A DNA stretch of 32,332 bases from contig JANLSU010000016.1 in assembly GCA_031362565.1 (NCBI GenBank), forward strand, positions 1 to 32,332. The letters are read 5' to 3'. This stretch comes from a bacterium (GTDB lineage: Bacteria > Krumholzibacteriota > Krumholzibacteriia > G020349025). A model generated the notes under the pieces. The model saw nothing but the letters and a program-made list of their open reading frames with translations, searched no databases and was not told the DNA's origin. The stretch's first letter is position 1; each line of letters starts with the position of its first letter. Position numbers and translations under genes: made by a program. This document shows, piece by piece, positions 18,503 to 27,773 of this stretch.

Positions 18503-18813
18503 AACCGCCTGCACCTTTCGACTCGGACCGGCACCGCAAGGGGTGAGCGCGACTGCCGCGAGCGGGCCCGCCACTGTACCAGGTCGCGGCGGCGTACCTG
18601 GCGGGGGCGGGGGCGGCGCCGCTCCGAGGCATCATAAGGGTGGCCTTGATTCCAGACGTTCCGATCGCGTAGCCTCAGACGCATCGCACGCACCGCCTGC
18701 CGCCACGCGCCCTCACGTGTGGCGTGGCCGGTTGACCGGCGTTTCTGCGGTTCGGCTTGTTCAGACGGGCTCCCCAGCCCCGCGCTACTGGTCATTCATC
18801 GAGGAGCGACACC

Positions 18814-21411
18814 ATGCATCTCATCCGCCCCCGGGCGCCGCTGACCGCAATCCTGTGCGCGGGACTGCTCGCCGGCGCACCGGGTTCGCCGCAGGCCGGC
18901 ACGGGCACTGAACTCGCCATCGAGGCCAACGCCCGCTTCTCGAGCCCGACGTCGTCGACGCCGATCGTCGTGTCCCCCGGCGACCGGTTCGTCTGGGTGG
19001 TGAATCCCGACCTCGACACCGTGACGCAACTCGAAATCACCGTCACCGGATTGGTCGAACGGCACACCGTCAACGTCGGCGACGAGCCGACCAATCTCGC
19101 GATCACGCCCGACGGCAAGTTCGTCTACGTCGCCAACACCGCGAGCGGCACCGTCTCGGTCATACGCACGAAGGATCACCGCGTCGTGGACCTCATTCGC
19201 GTCGGCACCGAACCCTGCGGGCTCGCCTTCACGCCGAACGGCAAGAAGCTGTACGTGGCCAACGCCCGTTCGAACGACGTGTCGGTCATCGACCCCGACG
19301 AGAACGAGGTCGTGCGCACGATCAAAGACGTCGGACCCGAACCGCGTGGCCTGGCGATCACCAACGACGGCGATCGCAAAGACAACGACGAGAAACTCTA
19401 CGTCACCCAGTTCTTGGCCACGGATCGCCTTGGCGTGCTCATTGGCCGCGATGATTACAAAGAAGGACGCGTGACGGTGATCGACGTCGGCAACGACCGG
19501 GTGCAAGGCGTCGTGGTCTTGAATCCGCTCGCCGACACCGGTTTCAAGTCGAACGGCTCGGCGCTCGAACGCGTCGCGGCCACCAACCCGGCGACCTTCA
19601 CGGTCCAAACCGGCGCCTTCCCCAACATGCTGAACTCGATCGCCATCAAGGGCGGCCGCGCCTATGTACCGAACACCGCCGCATCCGCCGACGGTCCGGT
19701 GCGTTTCAACGTCAACGTGCAGGCCTTCTTGTCGGTTCTCGATACCCAGTCGGATACCGAGGGGACTGCCGGCGGCGTGACCCAGACCTTCAACATGAAC
19801 CGCGGCGTCAACTTTGAACCCGCTGGGCCGGATCGGCTGTTTTTCGCGATGCCCTGGCACTTGGCATTCGCGCACGGTTCCAACGCCGGGTACGTCGTCA
19901 TTGCGGCCAGCAACCTCGTGGTCAAGGTGGATCTCGACGCCGATGGCACGCCCACCATCCACACGCCGTCGGGCCCCGGAGCGCCCGGTGCCGTGGTGCG
20001 GATTGGCGTCGGCCAGAACCCGCGCGGCATCGCCATCGACTCGCGCGACCAGCGCGCCTATGTGGCAAACGAAGTGTCGCGCGACGTGTCGGTGATCGAT
20101 CTCGCAACGAATACGGTGCTGGCAACCGTGGCGTCGGCCCCGCTGCCGGCTGCCGGCAGTGACGCCGCGCGCTTGCTCATCGGCAAGGCACTCTTCAACA
20201 CATCGACCGGAGTGAATCTCCCGGCGCTCGGCGATTTGGGCGTAACCCCGCTCCGCATGTCGAACGACGGCTGGAGTGCATGCGCCGCCTGCCATCCGAA
20301 CGGTCTCACGGATGGCGTGGTGTGGATTTTCGGCGCCGGCCCGCGCCGCACCGTGCCGCTCAATGGCACCTTCAATCCGCACGATCCGGCCGATCAGAAG
20401 ATCCTCAATTATTCAGCGATCTTCGACGAAGTGCAGGACTTCGAGAACAACATCCGTGGCGTCTCGGGCGGCCTGGGACTCATCACCCTCGCGGACGGAA
20501 CGACGCCCGACCCGACGCTCAACGCATTCGCGCTCGCCAACACCGGGCGGAGTGCCCGGCTCGATCTGCTCGCCGACTATGTGGCGCGCGGCATTCGGAC
20601 GCCGCTTTCGCCGCTCACCGCCGGCGACCGCGACGTCAAGAGCGGCCGGCGCCAGTTCGAACGCGCCAACTGCGCCGCCTGCCACGGTGGCGGCGGCTGG
20701 TCGGCTAGCCGGCGCAACTACACTCCGGCACCGGATCCAGCCCTCATCGTCGGCGGACAGGTCATCGGCTTCTTGCGGCCGGTCGGAACCTTCGACGCCA
20801 CGGCAACGAACGAGATCCGCCAGAATGGCGCGGCGCCACTCGGTGCCGCCGGCTTCAACCCGCCGTCGCTGCTCGGCGCCCACGGTCTGGGTCCGGTGCT
20901 GCACAACGGTTCAGCGTTGACCATCGAGGACGTCTTGGAGAATGTCACGCACCGCAGTGCGGGCACGGGCGGCGTCGACAAACTGGCGCGGCTGCGCGAC
21001 CGTGAGCGCCTGGCGGCATTCGTGCGTTCTATCGACGCCAACACCACGCCGTTCCCGATCACCGCGCTGTTGACGGCCGCGCAGGCCAAGGCCACGGCCG
21101 ACGAAGGCGACGACGACGAAATCGAGTCGGGTGCCGTACGCCTGCGGCTCGACCCGTTCGCCAATCCGGTGCGTGGGACGGCGACGGTCGGCTTCGAGAT
21201 GGGCCGTGCGGGCCGTGCCGAAGTCACGGTCTACGACGTACGCGGCGCCCGCGTCATACGGCTCGCGAACGAGGTCCGTCCAGCCGGACGTCACGCTCTG
21301 ACCTGGGACGGCCGGATGGCCAACGGCGAGCCCGCTGCGGCCGGACTGTATTTCGTCCGCGTTCACACCGCAGATGCGAGCCGGGTTCGCAAGCTGGTGC
21401 TGACGCACTAG
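18814..21411 (+). CDS. Secreted YVTN/YncE beta-propeller + di-heme cytochrome c (CCP/MauG-like) + C-terminal FlgD-Ig-like domain
   Basis: GAGGAG RBS; signal peptide; repeated YVAN..SxxVSVID blades; two CAACH motifs; PSLLG..PVLHNGSALTIEDV; C-terminal VYDVRG..WDGR..AAGLYFVR. Confidence 0.85.
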   Translation: MHLIRPRAPLTAILCAGLLAGAPGSPQAGTGTELAIEANARFSSPTSSTPIVVSPGDRFVWVVNPDLDTVTQLEITVTGLVERHTVNVGDEPTNLAITPDGKFVYVANTASGTVSVIRTKDHRVVDLIRVGTEPCGLAFTPNGKKLYVANARSNDVSVIDPDENEVVRTIKDVGPEPRGLAITNDGDRKDNDEKLYVTQFLATDRLGVLIGRDDYKEGRVTVIDVGNDRVQGVVVLNPLADTGFKSNGSALERVAATNPATFTVQTGAFPNMLNSIAIKGGRAYVPNTAASADGPVRFNVNVQAFLSVLDTQSDTEGTAGGVTQTFNMNRGVNFEPAGPDRLFFAMPWHLAFAHGSNAGYVVIAASNLVVKVDLDADGTPTIHTPSGPGAPGAVVRIGVGQNPRGIAIDSRDQRAYVANEVSRDVSVIDLATNTVLATVASAPLPAAGSDAARLLIGKALFNTSTGVNLPALGDLGVTPLRMSNDGWSACAACHPNGLTDGVVWIFGAGPRRTVPLNGTFNPHDPADQKILNYSAIFDEVQDFENNIRGVSGGLGLITLADGTTPDPTLNAFALANTGRSARLDLLADYVARGIRTPLSPLTAGDRDVKSGRRQFERANCAACHGGGGWSASRRNYTPAPDPALIVGGQVIGFLRPVGTFDATATNEIRQNGAAPLGAAGFNPPSLLGAHGLGPVLHNGSALTIEDVLENVTHRSAGTGGVDKLARLRDRERLAAFVRSIDANTTPFPITALLTAAQAKATADEGDDDEIESGAVRLRLDPFANPVRGTATVGFEMGRAGRAEVTVYDVRGARVIRLANEVRPAGRHALTWDGRMANGEPAAAGLYFVRVHTADASRVRKLVLTH

Positions 21412-21454
21412 CCCAAGGCCGCCGCAATCGCCCGGCCCGCCGCTCGAGCGGCAC

Positions 21455-21492
21455 ACGAGGCCCACCGACCGCATCGGTGGGCCTCGTTTTTA
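21455..21492 (+). terminator. Intrinsic terminator
   Basis: ACGAGGCCCACCGA-ccgca-TCGGTGGGCCTCGT 14 bp stem followed by TTTTA. Confidence 0.85.
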
Positions 21493-21524
21493 TCGCGCTG
21501 CCGCGCCGGGCCGCGCCGGATGCG

Positions 21525-21589
21525 TTGACACACCCCGCACCAGGCCGCTACGATGCGAACCGTGGTTCAATTATCGAACAGCCGTTCGA
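21525..21589 (+). promoter_or_regulatory. sigma70 promoter plus tandem palindromic operators of the TetR-hcr-like operon
   Basis: TTGACA (21525-21530), 18 nt spacer, TACGAT (21549-21554); GAAC-cgtg-GTTC (21557-21568) and TCGAAC-agcc-GTTCGA (21574-21589). Confidence 0.65.
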
Positions 21590-22224
21590 AACCGAACGGT
21601 GTGGAACGCACCGCGCGCCGGCGCCATGCGCGGCGCCTCGAGATCTTGAGCGCCGCGGCGCGCGCCTTTCGAAGCCGTGGCTTCGCCGCGACCGGCATGC
21701 GCGAGATCGCTGCCGTCGCCGATCTTTCGCCCGCCAACCTGTATCACTATTTCCACGGCAAGCACGAGTTGCTGTATTTCTGCCAGGAGGCGTCGCTCGA
21801 ACTGCTGCTGGGAGCGCTGCGTGCGGCGCGCGATTCCAAAGCGCCGGCGGCAACGCAACTGCGCGCCGTGATCGAGGCACACGTGCGCTGCGTCTTGGGT
21901 GAGATGGAAGGCGCGACCGCGCACCTCGAAGTCGAGGATCTGCCGCCCGGACTCAAGCGCCGGATCGTCGCCAAGCGTGATCTCTACGAGCGCGGTATCC
22001 GACGGATTGTCGCCCGAGGCGTCGCCTCGGGTGAGTTCGTGGCCTGCGACGTCAAGCTCGTCACCCAGGCGATTCTCGGAGCCGTCAACTGGACCGCCCG
22101 CTGGTTCCGTCCGGAAGGGACGCGCTCACCGGACGAGGTCGGATCTGCATTCGCAATCTACTTGGTGCGCGGGCTCACCGCCGCACCGGCGCCATCGCGA
22201 CGCAACGGGAGGCAACGCACATGA
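21562..22224 (+). CDS. TetR/AcrR family regulator
   Basis: ILSAAARAFRSRGFAATGMREIAAVADLSPANLYHYFHGKHELL HTH; GAVNWTARWFRPEG C-terminus. ATG 21553 overlaps the -10 box, so GTG 21562 or GTG 21601 is more plausible. Confidence 0.92.
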   Translation: MVQLSNSRSKPNGVERTARRRHARRLEILSAAARAFRSRGFAATGMREIAAVADLSPANLYHYFHGKHELLYFCQEASLELLLGALRAARDSKAPAATQLRAVIEAHVRCVLGEMEGATAHLEVEDLPPGLKRRIVAKRDLYERGIRRIVARGVASGEFVACDVKLVTQAILGAVNWTARWFRPEGTRSPDEVGSAFAIYLVRGLTAAPAPSRRNGRQRT

Positions 22225-22751
22225 CGATCCCGAATGAGTCGAAGAAGTCGGCTCACATTACGTTCCAGTTGAACGGCGAGACCACCGAGGCGTCGTTCGC
22301 GCCGTACAAGACGCTGCTCGAGGTCCTGCGGGAGGACCTCGCCCTCACCGGCACCAAGCACGGCTGCGAATTGGGCGAATGCGGCGCCTGCGCCGTGCTG
22401 GTGGACGGCGAGCCCGTCTTGTCGTGCCTGGTCCTGGGACTCGAGTGCGAAGGGCGCGAAGTTCTGACCGTGGAAGGCATGGCAGAGGCCACCGACCTCC
22501 ATCCGCTGCAAACCGCGTTTGCGGACTTGGGGGGCGCGCAGTGCGGCTATTGCACGCCCGCCTTTCTCCTGACCGCCAAGGCGCTCCTCGACCGCAATCC
22601 CAACCCGTCGCGCGACGAGATTCGCGACGCGCTGTCGGGGGCACTCTGCCGCTGTACGGGGTATCTGCAGATTTTCGATGCCGTCGAATCGGCGATCGTG
22701 GCGATCGCGGCTCCCGGCGGCAACGGCTCTACACCTGGAGGCCGGCGATGA
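22221..22751 (+). CDS. hcrC: [2Fe-2S] subunit of a xanthine-oxidase-family enzyme (HcrC/CoxS-like)
   Basis: GTKHGCELGECGACAV..SC and QCGYCTP..LCRCTGY motifs; ATGA overlap with TetR. Confidence 0.85.
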   Translation: MTIPNESKKSAHITFQLNGETTEASFAPYKTLLEVLREDLALTGTKHGCELGECGACAVLVDGEPVLSCLVLGLECEGREVLTVEGMAEATDLHPLQTAFADLGGAQCGYCTPAFLLTAKALLDRNPNPSRDEIRDALSGALCRCTGYLQIFDAVESAIVAIAAPGGNGSTPGGRR

Positions 22752-25210
22752 GCGAGCGCCCGCACAACGTCATCGGGGTGCCGCGCCGGCGCGTCGACGC
22801 GCGCGCCAAGGTCACCGGCCAGACGCGGTTCGCGGACGACATCGCGTTGCCCCGCATGCTCTACTGCAAGCTCCTGCGCTCGCCGCATCCGCATGCGCGC
22901 ATCGTCCGCATCGACACGGCGCGCGCCGCGGCCCACCCGGGTGTGCATCTCGTTCTCACCGGCAAGGACCTGCCGATCGAATACGGCATCTTGCCCGTCA
23001 GCCAGGACGAACAGGCGCTCTGCGTCGACAAGGTGCGGTTCGTCGGTGATCCCATAGCTGCCGTCATCGCGCGCGAAGAACTTATCGCCTTCGAAGCGCT
23101 CGACCTCATCGACGTCGAGTACGAACCGCTCGCGACCATCGCCGACCCCTCGGATGCGCTCCAAGACGGCCTCGACCGCATCCATGAGTACGGCGAGGAA
23201 GGTAACGTGCACAAGCGCGTCGCCTTCGCATTCGGCGACACCGAAGAGGGTTTCGCGGCCGCCGACCACATCTTCGAAGACACGTTCTTCTACGAGGGCA
23301 ATACGCATCTCCCCATCGAACAGCATGCATCGATCGCCGCCGTCGATCCGGACGGCAAGGTGTGTATTTGGTCGAGCACCCAAACGCCGCATTACCTGCA
23401 CCGGGCATTGGCGAAAGTGCTCGAAATGTCGCCGGCGCACATCCGCGTCATTGCGACCCCGAACGGCGGCGGCTTCGGCGGCAAGAGCGATCCATTCAAC
23501 CATGAGATCGTGGTCGCCAAGGCCGCCCTGGTGCTCGGCCGGCCGGTGAAGATCTGCTTGAACCGCGAAGAGGTGTTCTATTGCCATCGTGGCCGCCACC
23601 CGGTTCTCATGCAGTTCAAGACCGGCGTCAAGAAGGACGGCACGATCACCGCCATGCACCTCAAGACGCTTATCGACGGTGGCGCGTACGGTTCCTATGG
23701 GGTCGCGAGCACCTTCTATACGGGGGCGCTGCAGACCGTCACCTACAAGGTGCCGCAGTACCGCTTCGAGGGTTGCCGCGTGTTCACCAACAAGCCGCCC
23801 TGCGGCCCCAAACGCGGCCATGGCACAGTACAACCGCGCTTCGGGCAAGAGATTCAGCTCGACAAGATCGCCGAACGCCTCGCCATCGACCCGGCCGAGC
23901 TGCGCTTGCGTATCGTCGAATCCCCGAATGCCGTCACCGCCAACTACATGCGGCTCGGCACCATCGGCCTCGCCGAATGCGTCCGCCGCGTCGTCGCCCG
24001 TTCGCAATGGGCGGAGAAGTTCCGGAAATTGCCGGAGGGCCGCGGCGTCGGCATCGCGTGCTCGGCGTATCTCTCGGGCGCCGGGCTGCCCATCTATTGG
24101 AACGCCATGCCGCACTCGGGCGTGCAAATCAAGCTCGACCGCGGCGGCGGTGTGACGGTGTTCTGCGGCGCGACGGAAATCGGCCAGGGTTCGGACGACG
24201 TGCTCGTCGCCTGCGTGGCCGAAGTGCTCGGCATCGAGCCTTTTGACATTCGTGCGGTGACCGGCGATACGGATCTCACGCCGGTCGACCTCGGTTCGTA
24301 TTCGAGCCGCGTCACACTCATGATGGGCAATGCGGCGATCCAGGCCGCGGAACGCGCCCGGGAGTTGCTGGCCGATGCCGTGGCGGCGCATCTCGAAGTG
24401 CCGAAGGGCCGGCTGGTGTTCGCCGCCCGGCGCGTCTTCGACAGCGAAGACCCGGATCGCGGCATCACGTTCCGCGAGGCCGTGTGCTTGGCGGAAGCCA
24501 AGTTCGGCACCCTGGGAACCGTCGGTTCCTACACGCCGCCGCGCTCCCCGGCGCTCTACAAAGGTGGCGGCGTTGGACCTTCGCCGACCTACTCGTATTC
24601 CGCGGCAGTCGTCGAGGTCGAGGTGGATCCGTCGACCGGCTGGATCGTCGTGCCGCGGGTGTGGATCGCGCACGACATCGGCCGGGCACTCAATCCAACC
24701 TTGGTGCGCGGCCAAGTCGAGGGCGGCGTGTACATGGGGCTTGGCGAAGCGCTCATGGAAGCACAGGTGTTCCGCCGCCTGCCGGCGAAGCTCTCGAACG
24801 CGCTCGTCCACAAGAACCCGTCGATGCTCGAGTACAAGAGCCCGACCGCACTCGACATGCCCGAGGTGTTCACCGACTTGATCGAGGACCCCGATCCGCG
24901 CGGGCCGTTCGGTGCCAAGGAAGTCGGCCAGGGGCCGCTCTTACCGATCATGCCGGCGGTCGCGAATGCGGTGTACGACGCGATCGGCGTCCGCATCGAC
25001 GAAGTGCCCATCACACCGGAAAAGATCGTCAAGGCGCTCGAGGCCAAAAAAGCCGGGCGTCCGGCGCGCTATGGGCCGGCGGGCTTCCCCACCGTGCAAT
25101 GGCCGGAGGCACTCCGCGTGCCGCCGCCGTGGGAAGGCGGCGACGGCCATGCGGTCAACGATCCGCCGCGCCCGCGCAGCGACAAGAAGGTCAAGGTGAT
25201 CCACACATGA
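22748..25210 (+). CDS. hcrA: Molybdopterin-binding subunit, 4-hydroxybenzoyl-CoA reductase alpha-like
   Basis: AKVTG, LRSPHPHARI, GGGFGGK, KRGHG, EIGQGS, GSYSSRVT, GQVEGG and GPFGAKEVGQG motifs; ATGA overlap. Substrate not certain. Confidence 0.8.
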   Translation: MSERPHNVIGVPRRRVDARAKVTGQTRFADDIALPRMLYCKLLRSPHPHARIVRIDTARAAAHPGVHLVLTGKDLPIEYGILPVSQDEQALCVDKVRFVGDPIAAVIAREELIAFEALDLIDVEYEPLATIADPSDALQDGLDRIHEYGEEGNVHKRVAFAFGDTEEGFAAADHIFEDTFFYEGNTHLPIEQHASIAAVDPDGKVCIWSSTQTPHYLHRALAKVLEMSPAHIRVIATPNGGGFGGKSDPFNHEIVVAKAALVLGRPVKICLNREEVFYCHRGRHPVLMQFKTGVKKDGTITAMHLKTLIDGGAYGSYGVASTFYTGALQTVTYKVPQYRFEGCRVFTNKPPCGPKRGHGTVQPRFGQEIQLDKIAERLAIDPAELRLRIVESPNAVTANYMRLGTIGLAECVRRVVARSQWAEKFRKLPEGRGVGIACSAYLSGAGLPIYWNAMPHSGVQIKLDRGGGVTVFCGATEIGQGSDDVLVACVAEVLGIEPFDIRAVTGDTDLTPVDLGSYSSRVTLMMGNAAIQAAERARELLADAVAAHLEVPKGRLVFAARRVFDSEDPDRGITFREAVCLAEAKFGTLGTVGSYTPPRSPALYKGGGVGPSPTYSYSAAVVEVEVDPSTGWIVVPRVWIAHDIGRALNPTLVRGQVEGGVYMGLGEALMEAQVFRRLPAKLSNALVHKNPSMLEYKSPTALDMPEVFTDLIEDPDPRGPFGAKEVGQGPLLPIMPAVANAVYDAIGVRIDEVPITPEKIVKALEAKKAGRPARYGPAGFPTVQWPEALRVPPPWEGGDGHAVNDPPRPRSDKKVKVIHT

Positions 25211-26280
25211 TGCGGCTGCCCTTGTTCCGTTACGAAGCACCGCGCTCCATCGAAGCGGCGGCGCGCATTCTCGCCGCCGAAGGACCGCAAGCCATGCTGC
25301 TCGCGGGCGGCACCGATCTGCTGCCCAACATGAAACGCCGCCAACAGACCCCGGCGGTCGTCGTCGGGCTCCGGCAGGTGGCCGGTTTTTCCGCCTTCGG
25401 CACGACCGGCAAACCTGCGAATGGTGACGGTGTCATAACGTTGGGCGCCGGCATGACGCTCACCCAGATCGGGCGCGACCCGCGCCTCGCGACCTGGGCG
25501 CCGGCTCTCTGGGAAGCGGCGATGCAGATTGCGACCCCGCATCTGCGCAATACGGCGACCCTCGGCGGCAATCTCTGTCTCGACACCCGCTGCAACTACT
25601 ACGACCAGAACTACGAATGGCGCAAAGCCATCGACTTCTGCATGAAGAAAGACGGCAAGACATGCTGGGTCGCGACCAGTAGCCCGCGTTGCCTTGCCGT
25701 CTCGTCCACCGACACGGCGCCAGCGCTCATCGCGCTCGGTGCCCAGGTGCGGCTCGTGTCGAGCGCCGGCGAGCGCCGGATCACGTTGGCCGATCTCTAC
25801 AACAACGACGGGATGCAGTATCTCACCCGGCGGCCCGACGAAATCTTAACCGAGGTCAGTGTCGAGGTGCGGGCCGGTTGGAAGAGCACCTACTGGAAGC
25901 TTAGGCGGCGTGGCTCGTTCGATTTCCCGGTGCTGTCGGTGGCCGCCGCGGCGCGCTTCGAAGGCAGCGGCAAGAACGCGCGCGTTGCCGAGGCGCGCAT
26001 CGTGCTGGGATCCGTCGCCTCGCGGCCGCTGATTGCGACCGACGCCGCGGCATCGCTGGCCGGCAAGGCGCTCGACGATGCAACGATCGCCGCCGCCGCG
26101 ACGTTGGCGGCCAATATTGCCAAGCCGATGGACAATACCGATTTCGTCCTCGGCTGGCGTAAGCGGGTCACGGCCGACTTCGTGACCTACGCGCTCCGTC
26201 ATCTGCGCGGTGACGATCAGCGTCCGGTGCGCGAGCGCTTCACCCACCACGGACTCCTCGCCATTGGGGTCAAGGCATGA
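25207..26280 (+). CDS. hcrB: FAD-binding subunit with [4Fe-4S] insertion, 4-hydroxybenzoyl-CoA reductase beta-like
   Basis: LAGGTDLLPNMKR and LRNTATLGGNLC motifs; Cys-rich insert RCNYYDQNYEWRKAIDFCMKKDGKTCWVATSSPRC typical of HcrB; KLRRRGSFDFP. Confidence 0.85.
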   Translation: MMRLPLFRYEAPRSIEAAARILAAEGPQAMLLAGGTDLLPNMKRRQQTPAVVVGLRQVAGFSAFGTTGKPANGDGVITLGAGMTLTQIGRDPRLATWAPALWEAAMQIATPHLRNTATLGGNLCLDTRCNYYDQNYEWRKAIDFCMKKDGKTCWVATSSPRCLAVSSTDTAPALIALGAQVRLVSSAGERRITLADLYNNDGMQYLTRRPDEILTEVSVEVRAGWKSTYWKLRRRGSFDFPVLSVAAAARFEGSGKNARVAEARIVLGSVASRPLIATDAAASLAGKALDDATIAAAATLAANIAKPMDNTDFVLGWRKRVTADFVTYALRHLRGDDQRPVRERFTHHGLLAIGVKA

Positions 26281-26296
26281 AGGTGCGGCGCGCGCC

Positions 26297-26962
26297 ATGA
26301 AACTCGGTGCCTGTCTGCTGGCCGCCGGTGCCAGCGAACGCATGGGCCGGTCGAAGGCCCTGTTACCGTTCGAAGGACGCACCTTTCTCGCCGCCGCGCT
26401 CGAAATGTTTCGGGCCGCCGGAGTCGAGACGCGCTTCGTTGTCGGCCGCGCCACGCCGGCGCCCGAATTGGCGGCGATGGCCGGTATTTGTGCCGCGAAC
26501 GGGGCGCGGCTCCTCGTGAATCCTGAACCGGAACGCGGCATGCTATCGTCGTTGCACGTGTGCTTGAACGCGATGCAGAGCGGCGATGCGCCGGCATTGG
26601 CAGGACTGTTCGTGCTCCCGGTCGATTGTCCGGGAGTGCGCCCCGGGACGCTTGCGGCGCTCGCGGCGGCATTCCGAACCTCGGGCGCGCCGGTCGTCGT
26701 GCCGCGCTTCGGCCTGCGGCGCGGCCATCCGGTGCTGTTCGCGGCGGCACTCTTCGAGGAACTCGCGGCTGCCCCACTCGACCAGGGCGCGCGGGCCGTC
26801 GTCCGGGCGCACGCCGCGGACCGGCTCGAATTGCCGGTCGACGATCCAGCCGTACTCAACGATGTCGACACACCAGATGCAATCGCGAGGTTGCGTCGGG
26901 CACTGCCTCGGGACGCCACTCCCCCATCCCCACCTGCCAACCCATCGAGTAGCGCGCGTTGA
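26297..26962 (+). CDS. mocA: Molybdenum cofactor cytidylyltransferase-like nucleotidyltransferase (MocA family)
   Basis: LLAAGASERMGRSKALLP, NPEPERGMLSSL, PVDCP, RGHPVLF and DVDTP motifs; follows the molybdoenzyme genes. Confidence 0.8.
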   Translation: MKLGACLLAAGASERMGRSKALLPFEGRTFLAAALEMFRAAGVETRFVVGRATPAPELAAMAGICAANGARLLVNPEPERGMLSSLHVCLNAMQSGDAPALAGLFVLPVDCPGVRPGTLAALAAAFRTSGAPVVVPRFGLRRGHPVLFAAALFEELAAAPLDQGARAVVRAHAADRLELPVDDPAVLNDVDTPDAIARLRRALPRDATPPSPPANPSSSAR

Positions 26963-27773
26963 TTTCGCTCTGCGGATTGAAATGCAAGTGACCGCCGGCG
27001 TCACGCCAGCGATACGCGTCGATGCCGAAGGGCCCGAAGTAGCCGGCGGCGGCGAGGGCCGTGGCAACACGCTCAGCGGCAGCCCGCAGTCGATCTGCCT
27101 CGGGCGCGGTGATTTCACCCGGCACGAGCGCGCGGCTGCGTACCCAAGCGCCGCGGGCATCGCACTCCTGCACGGTCGGTGTTCCGAAATGCACGGCGCC
27201 GGTTGCATCGACATAACCATGTAAACCGAAGTCGCGCTCGCGCTCGACCCATGGTTCGACTTGCAGCCCGCCGTCCTGCTGCAACGCCGCCTCGATCCAC
27301 CGCCACAGGCCCGCATCGCCGTCGACCGGTGACATGCGGCGCATGCCACGTCCACTGAATCCATGCGGGCGCTTGAGAACCCAAGGGCGCGGCGGGTGCC
27401 GGCCGAGGTGGGCGCGGACTTCGTTCAGACTGCGAACATACGCCGCAGCCTCCAAGGTCTGGCCCAGCGCGGCGCAAAAGCCACGGTGATTGACGTGCTG
27501 CAACACCGCGAGCGCTGGCGCATGCGGTACGAGCGCGCCCGCTGCCGCGAGGCGCGCCAGCGCCCGCGGCGTCGGGCACCACGCTTGCCCCATGGTGCCA
27601 TTCGCTGCCGGAGCCGCCGTGGAATCGAGAATCACGTCACCCGCGGCAACGAGACCCCGCAAATGCGGCGTGAGCAAACGGCTGCGGCGTGCGACGGCAG
27701 CCGTCGGCGTGTAGCCGGCGGGATCCTGCAGTTCATCGTCGGCGTCCAGATTGAGCACCCAAGCGGTCGTCAT
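26856..27773 (-). CDS. ATP-grasp-like hypothetical protein
   Basis: WVLKRPHGFSGRG, VEPWVER and GYFGPFGIDA..SEINARYSMG motifs; ATGA coupling to the upstream gene at 27770-27773. Confidence 0.7.
   Translation of the reverse strand: MTTAWVLNLDADDELQDPAGYTPTAAVARRSRLLTPHLRGLVAAGDVILDSTAAPAANGTMGQAWCPTPRALARLAAAGALVPHAPALAVLQHVNHRGFCAALGQTLEAAAYVRSLNEVRAHLGRHPPRPWVLKRPHGFSGRGMRRMSPVDGDAGLWRWIEAALQQDGGLQVEPWVERERDFGLHGYVDATGAVHFGTPTVQECDARGAWVRSRALVPGEITAPEADRLRAAAERVATALAAAGYFGPFGIDAYRWRDAGGHLHFNPQSEINARYSMGWQVGMGEWRPEAVPDATSRLHLVCRHR

Noticed and set aside
18600..18620. G-rich run upstream of engB as a G-quadruplex
   Set aside because: Only two long G tracts, and no support beyond base composition.
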